Source: Candidatus Gottesmanbacteria bacterium
GTDB taxonomy: Bacteria; Patescibacteriota; Microgenomatia; UBA10105; UBA927
Direction of reading: 5' to 3'
NCBI GenBank assembly: GCA_963701185.1
Contig: OY969569.1
Location: forward strand, 667,548-731,547
Length of the DNA: 64,000 nucleotides
The notes beneath the pieces were generated by a model that did no database searches, was not told the DNA's origin, and worked only from the letters and a program-made list of their open reading frames with translations. The position numbers and the translations under genes were made by a program. Below, piece by piece: positions 42,608 through 51,995 of the stretch (within the stretch, counting starts at the first letter, position 1; each line of letters opens with the position of its first letter).

Positions 42608-43213
42608 GTGGAAAACGATATGTCTCCGTATAAAAAAGTCATTGCGATAGCGGTCGCGATTACCGTTATCGGTATCATTCTTGTCCTGGTCCATTATCAG
42701 CAAATTTCAGGCAGGACCGGCTCCATCGTCATTCCCGCCGGCAATACCTACCTCGGCCCCACACCGACACAATCCCCGACGAGTGACACATGGCAGACGG
42801 TCAAAGGAAACATCTATCCCTACGCGATGAGTGTTCCTGCATCGCTTACGCTTACCACGTTCCCTAATGACCCGTACGATATGTACGCGATTGCCGGCCG
42901 CGACCCTGAATCAAATGTCCTCATCGGTATTGACACGAAAGCCAATCCGTCAGAGACCAAATCAGCGTATATCCAAAGCTGGCGGAAACAGTTCAGTGTA
43001 CTGACCGGCGTCAAAAGCATTGATCCGTTTACCAACAGCAAGGGGCTCAAGGGATACAAAGTAAAATTTCTCAACGCCGGCGGCGAAAGCCCGAATTCCG
43101 ATATCTTTTTTGAAGTGCCGGACAAACCTCAATACGTCATTCATCTGAGTAACGGACCGCTTGACGGAACCGTATTTGACACCATCGTTGACAGCGTCGG
43201 ATGGAACCAATAA
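42608..43213 (+). CDS. membrane-anchored extracytoplasmic protein of unknown function
   Basis: N-terminal TM helix VIAIAVAITVIGIILVLV followed by a soluble ~170-aa domain. Confidence 0.4.
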   Translation: MENDMSPYKKVIAIAVAITVIGIILVLVHYQQISGRTGSIVIPAGNTYLGPTPTQSPTSDTWQTVKGNIYPYAMSVPASLTLTTFPNDPYDMYAIAGRDPESNVLIGIDTKANPSETKSAYIQSWRKQFSVLTGVKSIDPFTNSKGLKGYKVKFLNAGGESPNSDIFFEVPDKPQYVIHLSNGPLDGTVFDTIVDSVGWNQ

Positions 43214-45087
43214 TGAAAAAGTCATCCCTGCCGATCCTGATGACTGCCGGCTTTATTATTTCCTTATTTATCCGGCTTCTATTGATTCCCAATCCCGGTT
43301 TTGAGGCGGATGTCGCATTCTGGAAATCGTGGGGGCTTGCCGTATTGGATTTTGGGATCGTCAAAGGCTTATTAGTCACCAATTTCAACTACCCCACCCC
43401 ATTCGGGTATTTCCTTGCACTCATGCCCGCCGCGTACCGGCTATTTGCAGACCCCCATAATTTCAGCCAATATTGGCAAAATACAAACCTATTATTTTTA
43501 ATCGTGGCCAAACTTCCGGCAATTATCGCCGACTTCGGCATTGCGGGTATTATTCTCTGGATCGGGAAAAACGTTCACTCCGATAAAATCGGAGCAGGAA
43601 AAATCAATTTTCCCGATATGCCATATACGATATACGCTCTTTTCGCTCTTGTCTATCTTCTCAATCCCGTTTCCTGGATGGACAGCGCATGGTGGGGTCA
43701 GGTCGATAGTCTCGGCGTCATTGTCTTTTTAGGAGCGTTTCTCCTTGTTGTCACCAAAAAACCATTTCTGGCAGGCATGATCTATATGTTGGCCATGATG
43801 ACCAAACTCCAGAATATGATTTACGGGCCCATCTTTTTCCTGTTTATCTGGCAATATATAGGGTTTGACGGACTCGTAAAAAGCATTGCGGGATCACTCA
43901 TCACGTTTGCCGGCCTGAATATCGAATTTATCCTTTCCGGCAACTCATGGAAGGTTATAGAATCTCTGACAGGCAATTACGACTATTTCCCGTGGCTGTC
44001 CCTCAATGCGTTCAATCTCTGGTGGACCGTCTCCGGCGCCCGGGGAATGCAGTTTTCCGACAAATTGCTTTCGGTGGGACTTGCCAATGCAAAAACCGTC
44101 GGACTCACTCTTTTTTCCGCCGGTTATTTATTGGCGGCGCTGATACTAAAACCATTTGCATTTCTTACAAAGCATACAGACGATGCCCCTACCATCACAT
44201 ACCGGTTTCTTACCGCCCTTGTCGTTGCTAACGCGTCTTTTTTCCTGTTTCAGACGGAATCGCATGACCGCTATGCGTTCCCGCTCATTGTTTTCTTACT
44301 CCTTTGGGGTATCTTTTGGATCCGCCGACACCTCACGGTAAAAGAACTCCCCCGCGTTTTTTCAAGCTCTCCGTTCCGTTCATTCATGATTCTTTATTCA
44401 TTATTCAGTATTCCTTATTTCTACAATCTTCATACGGCACTGGTCTTTAATTATCCTCATAACGGCATGCCCATCCTCTCGACCTTCATCCAACCCAATC
44501 TGACTATCAGTGTTTCCCTTCTTTTCATCGGGTTATTTTTCTTCTTTGTATACGTCATACGGCGCGACACGGGAATGTGGACATTCGCGATACCTGCGGC
44601 GCTGGTGATTTTTGCACTGCTTGCAAAAAATATACCGCTTGTCACCCGTACGCCGGTTTCCCTTACGGCCATGACACCGGTGTCTGCATCCCAGGATTAC
44701 GGAATACGGCAAATAAATATGCCGGTCAACGCATATGCAGGATTTGATAAATGGGGATCTCTATCGGTCCAATATGCATTCTATCGACACGGGATCGGCA
44801 CCCATGCCAAAAGTACGCAGATATTTGATCTCCAGAAATATTTTACCAGGTTTTCCTTCGACTACGGCATTGACACCGAGGCCGGCCCCAGAGGAAGTGT
44901 TACATTTGAAGTCTACGGTGATGACAAAAAACTTTTCGCATCGGAAAAAATCGGCCGGTATGATTTACCTCGCCACGCTGACGTAAGCGTGGCGGGCATA
45001 CATCTGTTGAAACTGGTCGTCACGGATGCAGGAGACGGCATTACGGACGACCATGCCGATTGGCTGAATCCGAAATTATATCCATAG
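43201..45087 (+). CDS. large GT-C-like polytopic membrane protein with C-terminal NPCBM-like carbohydrate-binding module
   Basis: More than 10 TM helices and a first-loop acidic motif NPGFEADVAFW. The C-terminal 110 aa (GSVTFEVYGDDKKLF...LKLVVTDAGDGITDDHADWLNPKLYP) resemble the NPCBM/F5-8-like beta-sandwich. Confidence 0.5.
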   Translation: MEPIMKKSSLPILMTAGFIISLFIRLLLIPNPGFEADVAFWKSWGLAVLDFGIVKGLLVTNFNYPTPFGYFLALMPAAYRLFADPHNFSQYWQNTNLLFLIVAKLPAIIADFGIAGIILWIGKNVHSDKIGAGKINFPDMPYTIYALFALVYLLNPVSWMDSAWWGQVDSLGVIVFLGAFLLVVTKKPFLAGMIYMLAMMTKLQNMIYGPIFFLFIWQYIGFDGLVKSIAGSLITFAGLNIEFILSGNSWKVIESLTGNYDYFPWLSLNAFNLWWTVSGARGMQFSDKLLSVGLANAKTVGLTLFSAGYLLAALILKPFAFLTKHTDDAPTITYRFLTALVVANASFFLFQTESHDRYAFPLIVFLLLWGIFWIRRHLTVKELPRVFSSSPFRSFMILYSLFSIPYFYNLHTALVFNYPHNGMPILSTFIQPNLTISVSLLFIGLFFFFVYVIRRDTGMWTFAIPAALVIFALLAKNIPLVTRTPVSLTAMTPVSASQDYGIRQINMPVNAYAGFDKWGSLSVQYAFYRHGIGTHAKSTQIFDLQKYFTRFSFDYGIDTEAGPRGSVTFEVYGDDKKLFASEKIGRYDLPRHADVSVAGIHLLKLVVTDAGDGITDDHADWLNPKLYP

Positions 45088-45099
45088 TTTTGGGTTGTC

Positions 45100-45161
45100 A
45101 TTCCCGCGCAGGCGGGAATCGGTATTTGTTTTGAACGCAGATCCCCGATCAAGTCGGGGAT
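45100..45161. repeat. two tandem hairpins ATTCCCGC-gcag-GCGGGAAT and ATCCCCGA-tcaag-TCGGGGAT
   Basis: Two perfect 8-bp inverted repeats 21 nt apart, in the intergenic region just upstream of the 45172 start. Same family as the 30302-30320 element. Confidence 0.5.
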
Positions 45162-45171
45162 GACAAGAAAA

Positions 45172-47442
45172 ATGAAACATATTGAAAAATATATCAGTAT
45201 CGCAATGCTCCTTTTTGCCGTCGGATGTAACCTGTGGTTGTTCCGCTCCGAACCCACGGCAAAAGTGGACCCGAATGACAATACATTCCAGTTTGCTCTG
45301 GTCTACCGGACAAACCAAATATGGGATTTTGCACAGCAAAAGTGTTCATACAATCCCGTATGTTTTTTCTCCTATCTTGCCGATCATTGGGTCCCGAATT
45401 GGAACGAAGGGTACAATCTCCCCTTCTATTATTCTCATATTCCCCAAATTGTCATTGTAGGCACGTGGCGGTTACTATCTTCGACTATTTCGCTTTTTGC
45501 GTATTACCATCTCGTCATCTATCTCCTCCTCTCTGTCTTTCCGATTTCGGTATTTTTGGCGTTGCGGGTCGCCGGATTTTCATGGCTTACCGCCGGTTTT
45601 GGAGCGATTCTTGCATCCCAAATCTCGACAGACGGGCTATACGGCCTTGACCCGTCGTCGTTTTTGTGGCGTGGCTACGGCCTCTCGAGCCAACTGTTTG
45701 CCATGATCTGGCTTCCGATTGCTCTCGCATACTGCTATAAGGCGCTCACAAACAAACGGGCAATCATTCCCGCAATTATTTTCGTACTTTTTACCACGGC
45801 GGGGCATCTTGGTATCGGTATGATGACATTTTTGGCCCTTATTCCCCTGGCTCTGGCCGCGCCCATCCTGGCATTTTTTCAAAAACAATCAGTACAAAAC
45901 ATATTCGGCCCTCTGAAAAAAAACGCAGTGACCATCGGTATTATCGGGGCAGCCGCAATCGGGTTCTTAAGCTACTGGATCCTGCCGGCAATGTCCCTCG
46001 ACCGGTTCCACAACTTTTCCTTCTGGGATCCGGTGTGGAAATTTAATTCCTACGGCGTCAAAGAAGTAATCATACGATTATTCAACGGCGCGCTGTTTGA
46101 TTTTGGCAGACTGCCGGTCTTTACTGGGTTGGTTTTTATTGGTTTATTCATTATTCATGATTCATCATTCACTATTCTCTTTATTTTCTTTCTCCTCCTC
46201 TACGTCGGCAGAACAACATGGGGAAATTTGTTTGACATCATCCCCGGGATGAAGGAATTCCATTTATCGCGTTTTATCGTCGGCGTACATATCGCAGGGC
46301 TCTTTTTAGCACCGATCGGACTTGCATGGATTATTGAGAAGATTAAAAAATTTATTGGATTATTTGCTTATTTGCTTATTGGATTATTGGTAGTATTCGT
46401 TTATCCCCAAACCGTCCGCTATGCCGCATACAACGATACGCTTATTGCGAAAGCCAACGACAACTATGCCAAACAGGCAACGGGAGCAAATAGTTTGATT
46501 GCGGCTCTGCAGGAACTGGAACAAAAAGCCCCCGGCCGGGTATTTTCAGGGCGCGGCGGCGGCTGGGGAAAAGATTTTAAGATCGCCGAAACTACGATGA
46601 CGATGTATCTGGGGAACTTTGGACTACCCACGGTTCTCTGGATGCCGGAGACGTGGTCACCAAATGCCGATACCGAACAGTATTTCAGGGAAGATAAGGA
46701 AGAAGATTATGACCTGTATAATATCCGCTACGTGGCAACACCGGTAGGTATAGCGAAAGAAAATATCCAGCCGTTCTGGAAAGTAATACAAGAAAATCCT
46801 TCATGGAAGATCTATGAGGTACCGACATCCGGTTACTTTACTGCAGGTGTACGGCCTGCGGTGGTTGCATCCGACAAATACTCCCGCGCCAATGTCGTCC
46901 GGCTCTGGATCCAATCCAGCGACCCCAAAAACGGCCTCTATCCGGAACTCTCGTTCGACACAAAAAAATACCCGGTCAATGTCGGACTGCCGAACTTCAA
47001 AATGATTGATGAAGTAACGTTTCAGGTGCCGGACGGCTCCACCCACAACCTTTTTTCCGAACCACCAAAGTATCTCTCCCTTATCACCCCTAGCTCCCTT
47101 ATCTCCCTTAGTTCCCAGACTAATGATACGGATATGGTTTTTTCTACTCATGTGAAGGTAGCGGAGGGCTGCACCGAATGTATAGTTATATTAAAACAAA
47201 CCTACCACCCCAACTGGCAGGTCACGGTTGACGGAAAATCAGTAACCCCGATCATCACGTTCCCGTTTTTCATCGGGATTCCGGTAAGTGCAGGAAACCA
47301 CACTATTGTGGCCTCATATAAACCATCGAACGTAAAAGTTATATTGTTATCTATCTCCCTGATTACCCTTATTTCCTTTACTCTTTGGTTTCTCGCCCGA
47401 AAACTGGGGATTGACATGAGCACACAAAATACTGCAAACTAA
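45172..47442 (+). CDS. large polytopic membrane protein (YfhO/GT-C-like) with extracytoplasmic C-terminal beta-rich domain
   Basis: Start MKHIEKYISIAMLLFAVG at 45172. The ORF-track start 45160 lies inside the hairpin. More than 12 TM helices, then a ~330-aa soluble region and a C-terminal TM. Confidence 0.5.
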   Translation: MKHIEKYISIAMLLFAVGCNLWLFRSEPTAKVDPNDNTFQFALVYRTNQIWDFAQQKCSYNPVCFFSYLADHWVPNWNEGYNLPFYYSHIPQIVIVGTWRLLSSTISLFAYYHLVIYLLLSVFPISVFLALRVAGFSWLTAGFGAILASQISTDGLYGLDPSSFLWRGYGLSSQLFAMIWLPIALAYCYKALTNKRAIIPAIIFVLFTTAGHLGIGMMTFLALIPLALAAPILAFFQKQSVQNIFGPLKKNAVTIGIIGAAAIGFLSYWILPAMSLDRFHNFSFWDPVWKFNSYGVKEVIIRLFNGALFDFGRLPVFTGLVFIGLFIIHDSSFTILFIFFLLLYVGRTTWGNLFDIIPGMKEFHLSRFIVGVHIAGLFLAPIGLAWIIEKIKKFIGLFAYLLIGLLVVFVYPQTVRYAAYNDTLIAKANDNYAKQATGANSLIAALQELEQKAPGRVFSGRGGGWGKDFKIAETTMTMYLGNFGLPTVLWMPETWSPNADTEQYFREDKEEDYDLYNIRYVATPVGIAKENIQPFWKVIQENPSWKIYEVPTSGYFTAGVRPAVVASDKYSRANVVRLWIQSSDPKNGLYPELSFDTKKYPVNVGLPNFKMIDEVTFQVPDGSTHNLFSEPPKYLSLITPSSLISLSSQTNDTDMVFSTHVKVAEGCTECIVILKQTYHPNWQVTVDGKSVTPIITFPFFIGIPVSAGNHTIVASYKPSNVKVILLSISLITLISFTLWFLARKLGIDMSTQNTAN

Positions 47443-47448
47443 ATTTGT

Positions 47449-47658
47449 ATGAAAAAGCGTTCTGTTCGTCGGGTTCATCACAGATCGACGCACCACAAAG
47501 CACACGCCTCGGAAAACTACCTTGTGGTAGTGCGCTCGTGGATGTTTGTTGTCGCATTTGCCCTCATGCTCGGGCTTGGCGCGATTGTTGGGCAGTTTAT
47601 TAGCACCCAACTGGCCGCCTCTACCCCAGTCGTTGCAGGGGTTACAACGACAAAGTAA
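47449..47658 (+). CDS. small single-TM protein
   Basis: 69 aa with a basic N-terminus and one hydrophobic helix. Start is 7 nt after the upstream stop. Confidence 0.25.
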   Translation: MKKRSVRRVHHRSTHHKAHASENYLVVVRSWMFVVAFALMLGLGAIVGQFISTQLAASTPVVAGVTTTK

Positions 47659-47702
47659 CACACCTCTTTGAGGGTATTTTCTGGTATAATAAACAGGTCT
47701 TC

Positions 47703-47775
47703 GGGCCTGTAGCACAGCTGGTAATGCGCCGCATTCGCATTGCGGAGATCAGCGGTTCGATTCCGCTCAGGTCCA
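47703..47775 (+). tRNA. tRNA-Ala (anticodon CGC)
   Basis: Hand-folded cloverleaf: acceptor GGGCCTG/CAGGTCC with G3:U70, anticodon stem CCGCA/TGCGG, loop TTCGCAT, T-arm AGCGG-TTCGATT-CCGCT. Confidence 0.75.
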
Positions 47776-47779
47776 CACC

Positions 47780-47850
47780 GGGCCCGTAGTATACCGGTAG
47801 AACGACTCCATGGCATGGAGTAGAAAGGGGTTCAATTCCCCTCGGGTCCA
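47780..47850 (+). tRNA. tRNA-Ala (anticodon GGC)
   Basis: Acceptor GGGCCCG/CGGGTCC with G3:U70, anticodon stem ACTCC/GGAGT, loop ATGGCAT, T-arm AGGGG-TTCAATT-CCCCT. D-arm pairing is weak in the hand fold. Confidence 0.6.
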
Positions 47851-47861
47851 CAAAAAGGGTA

Positions 47862-48635
47862 TCAAGTTCTGTTAATTATCCTTTGGAGTAACGCGCGAAG
47901 TCCTCTATCGGATGGTCTTTCGTAAAACCATTGGTTGTCCGTATCAACATCATCCAGCTTGCCGATATAATCCTGAGCGGGGTCAATAATAACCACAATC
48001 CCATCCTCGCTTCTGTACCGTATCCAGGCGTGACCTCCGCGGCCAGGAACAAAGTTTCTGTCAATCGATACTTTTCCTCTGATATAACCCTCTTTTGCCA
48101 ACCTTTCAAGCATGTATGCCCCCAATAATGCCTCGTGTCTACACACACCGGCTTTTTCACGGATGAAAACATCAAGGAGTATCTTTTGGTTGTCTCCTGC
48201 ATCATGCTTTCTAACAATATCTTCTACTTTTTGCTTGTCAAAGGGAAGTTCTTTTTGAACCGTATCCAAAACATCACCAAGTATTCTTTGTTTAAAATGA
48301 CCTCCTTCTTCAACTATTTTTTTCCGCCCGGCTAGAAAATTTTGGTAGATCCGTTCCAATTCGGAATTCTTTTTCGTATCGTCCACCACGATTGCCTCAC
48401 GATCCCCACCACCAACATAGACACCACCCTGGATCGGCGTATCCCTGGCGATAATAGGTCTTTCCTGAAAATACCCGTATTTTGAGTCCTTATCGCTTTC
48501 TTCATAAAATCCTTCCAGTTTAATATTGCTTATTGCCAAACGTGTTTTATCCCAGTGAACAGATTTATGCGGTTTTCTCAATAAGTTTGTCAGAGAAAAT
48601 TTCGGGGCTAATTCTGTTTGGGCTATCTCATTCAT
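47862..48635 (-). CDS. transglutaminase-like (Cys-His-Asp) superfamily protein
   Basis: GVCRHEALLGAYMLERL ... GGHAWIRY ... IIDPAQD follows the TGase-like core pattern G.C...A......HAW.....D. Confidence 0.5.
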   Translation of the reverse strand: MNEIAQTELAPKFSLTNLLRKPHKSVHWDKTRLAISNIKLEGFYEESDKDSKYGYFQERPIIARDTPIQGGVYVGGGDREAIVVDDTKKNSELERIYQNFLAGRKKIVEEGGHFKQRILGDVLDTVQKELPFDKQKVEDIVRKHDAGDNQKILLDVFIREKAGVCRHEALLGAYMLERLAKEGYIRGKVSIDRNFVPGRGGHAWIRYRSEDGIVVIIDPAQDYIGKLDDVDTDNQWFYERPSDRGLRALLQRIINRT

Positions 48636-48657
48636 ATCTCAATTATACACAGCTCTT

Positions 48658-49740
48658 TTACCGGAAGAATTGTGTGGGATTGACGGCAACGCCGTTGACG
48701 CGGGTTTCAAAATGCAGATGAGTGCCCGTACTGCGGCCGGTTGAGCCCATGCGCCCGATCACCTGACCGCGGGATACCCGATCTCCCGTACCGACATAAT
48801 ATTCGGACATGTGGCCATAGAGCGTCGATAATCCCCCGCCGTGATCAATAATCACATAGTTGCCATACCCATACCGGTCAAAGCCCGTATACACAACGAC
48901 ACCGTTGTCGGCGGCCATAATGCCGGGCCCGGACGGATTGGCAATATCAAACGCCATGTGGTACCAGATCGGATATTGAGTGATCGTGCCGCTGGTCGGC
49001 CAGAGGAGTCTGCCCGTGCCCATGGGAGCCGTCAAAAATGACGGCGCGGTGAATGCGATAGCGGCAGCAGCCGGCGGCACGCCGTCGGGCACAACAAGCG
49101 TTTGGCCGACGTTCAATGCGAATGTTTCCAGATCCGCAAAGTCGTTGAAGGGAAAGTTAACGATCTTTTGCGCATCGGTTTTATATTTTTTCGCGATACT
49201 CTGCACTGTATCGCCTTCCTGCACTTTATAGACGATACCGGTTACGGGCGGAATTTTAAGAGTGTCTCCGATTGATAAATCGTCCGTCCGCAAAGAATTT
49301 GCCCATCGGATGGTATCCGTTGAAATTCCGAATTTATCCGCAACGGTTGAGAGCGTGTCACCCTTTGCCACGGTATAACTTATCACCTGATCACGCGGTT
49401 TTTGGGATACCTGCGTCTGAATCCCGTAATCGGAAAAATCCAGTGACGTGGCGACTGCCGAAGACGGGGTAAATTGCGCGAGCTGATTGCCCATGCCGCC
49501 GGGATAGGCATTGGCAATAATGGGCGCGCTCATGACGCCCGCAACCAAAAGAATTCCTAGAGAAATGGTTAAAAACGGCCGTTGATACGTCCCGCGTCGG
49601 GCCATGAGGATATCAACGATGATATTTTTCTGCGTTTCAAAACCCACTCCCCACCGTTTCAGTTTCCGCTCGATGTAGTGGCTCCACCCCTCGCGCCAGA
49701 GAGTGATATCTTCAAACAAATTTCGGAAGTATTTTCGCAT
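48658..49740 (-). CDS. LysM-domain M23 family peptidoglycan endopeptidase
   Basis: N-terminal TM, two LysM repeats (VAKGDTLSTVADKFGIS..., VQEGDTVQSIAKKYKTD...) and C-terminal M23 motifs HMAFD...GSTGRSTGTHLHFE. Confidence 0.75.
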   Translation of the reverse strand: MRKYFRNLFEDITLWREGWSHYIERKLKRWGVGFETQKNIIVDILMARRGTYQRPFLTISLGILLVAGVMSAPIIANAYPGGMGNQLAQFTPSSAVATSLDFSDYGIQTQVSQKPRDQVISYTVAKGDTLSTVADKFGISTDTIRWANSLRTDDLSIGDTLKIPPVTGIVYKVQEGDTVQSIAKKYKTDAQKIVNFPFNDFADLETFALNVGQTLVVPDGVPPAAAAIAFTAPSFLTAPMGTGRLLWPTSGTITQYPIWYHMAFDIANPSGPGIMAADNGVVVYTGFDRYGYGNYVIIDHGGGLSTLYGHMSEYYVGTGDRVSRGQVIGRMGSTGRSTGTHLHFETRVNGVAVNPTQFFR

Positions 49741-49772
49741 ATAAAAGGGTGCCCTTCAGGGTACCACGAAGA

Positions 49773-51314
49773 TTACCCTTGAGCAAGTGTATCGAGGAAT
49801 TCCGCGTTGTTTTTCGTTTTTCCCAGCTTCTCAATAAGCATCATGGTGCGCTCTTCATCCCCGAGCATCGAGAGCATGTGGCGCAGGGTCGTTACCTTTT
49901 TCATCTGGTCCTCGCCGATCAACAGCTCGTCGTGACGCGTGCCGCTTTTGCCGATATCAATGGCCGGAAAAATTCTCCGCTCCTGCAGGGCACGGGATAA
50001 GTGCAATTCCATGTTGCCGGTCCCTTTAAATTCTTCGTAAATAAGATCGTCCATGCGGCTGCCGGTTTCCACCAATGCCGTCCCGATAACCGTCAGGGAT
50101 CCCGCTGTTTTCCCTTCAGAACCTTCCACACACCGTGCGGCGCCCAAGAATTTTTTGGCCGGATATAACGCAGCCGGATCAAATCCGCCGGACAATGTGC
50201 GGCCGGACGGGTTTACCACCAGGTTGTATGCCCGCGCCAGCCTTGTAATCGAGTCCAGAAGGACGACCACGTCTTTGCCCATTTCCACGAGTCGCTTTGC
50301 ACGGTCCAAAGTCACTTCCGCAATCCTGGTTTGTTCTGCCGGCGATTCGTCAAAGTTGCTGGCCAGCACTTCGCCTTTGATGCTTCTGGTCAAATCCGTG
50401 ACTTCCTCCGGTCTCTCTCCGATTAACGCCGCCATCAGATGCACTTTCGGATAATTCTCCGTAATGCCGGCCGCAAGTTCTTTCAGGATTGTTGTTTTCC
50501 CGGCTTTGGGCGGCGACACGATAAGACCCCGCTGTCCGAATCCGATAGGCGCGACAAGATCAATAATACGCGTCGAAAGGGGTTGCTGGCTGGTCTCCAG
50601 CTTGAGTTGTTTATTGGGGTACAACGGTGTGAGATCTTCAAATTTCGGACGTGAGGCCATATCTTCCGCCGGTTTGTCATCCACTTTTTCCACTTTCAAA
50701 AGTCCGTAGTACCGCTCGTTATCTTTCGGGGCGCGGGCCTGGCCTTCCACCATGTCGCCGTTGCGAAGGAGAAACCGTCGGATCTGGGACTGGGAAATAT
50801 AGACATCTTTTTCGCTGGGCGTAAACTTCGGGCGCAAAAACCCATGGCCCTCCGGCATAACGTCAAGAATTCCCTTGACGGTTTCCGTGGGAACATCTAT
50901 ATCCGGAGTAAAATTTGGATTTGAGTCAATTTGCGGTCGCGGCACCCACTCACGGCGATATCCTCCTGCCGCCGGGCGCGGGTATCCCCCGGAGCGGCCC
51001 TGGAAATTACCGCCCATGGGTCTACTACGATATCCACCCTGAAACCCGCGATTGCGGTCATAGCCCATTCTGGGTCTATCCTGTCGCGGAGGAGGCGTAT
51101 ACGGAAGCGGTGCGGGATCTGCGGCTTTTGGCTCAACTGGCTCGCCTCGCTGAGTCGAAGCGGGTTTTTCTTCAGTTTTTGCGGGTTCCTTGGGACCCCC
51201 AACGAGATCGTCAATCGATAAAGAAGGCGCCACAACAACCGGCTCGTCTGCAGGCGAAGTCTCCGGAATTATCTTCTTCGGTTTTGCTGATTTAGTGGAT
51301 GCGCGGAAAGCCAT
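49773..51314 (-). CDS. rho: transcription termination factor Rho with long Arg/Gly/Pro-rich N-terminal extension
   Basis: Walker A GQRGLIVSPPKAGKT, Q- and R-loop regions and C-terminus ...RRIFPAIDI..SGTR. About 150 aa of low-complexity sequence precede the RNA-binding domain. Confidence 0.85.
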   Translation of the reverse strand: MAFRASTKSAKPKKIIPETSPADEPVVVAPSLSIDDLVGGPKEPAKTEEKPASTQRGEPVEPKAADPAPLPYTPPPRQDRPRMGYDRNRGFQGGYRSRPMGGNFQGRSGGYPRPAAGGYRREWVPRPQIDSNPNFTPDIDVPTETVKGILDVMPEGHGFLRPKFTPSEKDVYISQSQIRRFLLRNGDMVEGQARAPKDNERYYGLLKVEKVDDKPAEDMASRPKFEDLTPLYPNKQLKLETSQQPLSTRIIDLVAPIGFGQRGLIVSPPKAGKTTILKELAAGITENYPKVHLMAALIGERPEEVTDLTRSIKGEVLASNFDESPAEQTRIAEVTLDRAKRLVEMGKDVVVLLDSITRLARAYNLVVNPSGRTLSGGFDPAALYPAKKFLGAARCVEGSEGKTAGSLTVIGTALVETGSRMDDLIYEEFKGTGNMELHLSRALQERRIFPAIDIGKSGTRHDELLIGEDQMKKVTTLRHMLSMLGDEERTMMLIEKLGKTKNNAEFLDTLAQG

Positions 51315-51413
51315 AAAACGATACGAACAAATGTTAGGGATTCATGAAATAGATTGTCACTACGAGGAATCGCTTAATCTAAAGGTGTATTTAACCATAG
51401 TTTCCCCACCTTG

Positions 51414-51686
51414 TCAATGACCGTACACATCAGTATGCTTCCCTATTGCCAAAAAGAAAACGGTAGATTTGCCTAGCCAGACAAAAACGATACGGATGTC
51501 ATCTGTTACAGAAAATGAGTATTTCCCCTTCATCCGTTTTTTCAAGCGATGAGTTTTGAGTCGAGTATCTTTAACATTTTTATGAAATAACAAAATTCGA
51601 TCAGCAACTATTCGTGCTAACTGAGGATCATGTGCAATAACCTTCGCATACATCCGATCGTATTGACCAGATACTTCAACTTTCAT
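51414..51686 (-). CDS. RelE/ParE-family type II toxin
   Basis: 90 aa. C-terminal LKKRMKGKYSFSVTDDIRIVFVWLGKSTVFFLAIGKHTDVY fits the RelE/StbE fold pattern. The start overlaps the upstream antitoxin stop by 4 nt. Confidence 0.5.
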   Translation of the reverse strand: MKVEVSGQYDRMYAKVIAHDPQLARIVADRILLFHKNVKDTRLKTHRLKKRMKGKYSFSVTDDIRIVFVWLGKSTVFFLAIGKHTDVYGH

Positions 51687-51973
51687 TGTCGCATTTTTTT
51701 ATATTTAGCCGGGTTTTCGAAATATGCACGAATGTCTTTTCTAGATTTTAAAATAATATCATTCTCTCTTGGCTCTTTTTCGGATTTAAGCACTTGCTTT
51801 TCAAATTCCGGCGTGAAACCGTTCACGGTAATTCTCGGGTATAACCATTCGCGTACCGCGTCGCGGATAAGCTCGCTCACCGAGGCATATCCCCGGCGTC
51901 TGACGTGCTTTTTGGCATCCTCATACATCGTGGTGGGTAATGAAATATTGACTGTTGTAATACTCATATACAA
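51683..51973 (-). CDS. ribbon-helix-helix (CopG/ParD-like) antitoxin
   Basis: 96 aa. N-terminal TVNISLPTTMYEDAKKHV..GYASVSELIRDAVREWL is an RHH DNA-binding motif. Upstream partner of the toxin ORF. Confidence 0.5.
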   Translation of the reverse strand: MYMSITTVNISLPTTMYEDAKKHVRRRGYASVSELIRDAVREWLYPRITVNGFTPEFEKQVLKSEKEPRENDIILKSRKDIRAYFENPAKYKKMRQ

Positions 51974-51995
51974 TTATTGTATACTATCCATACAA

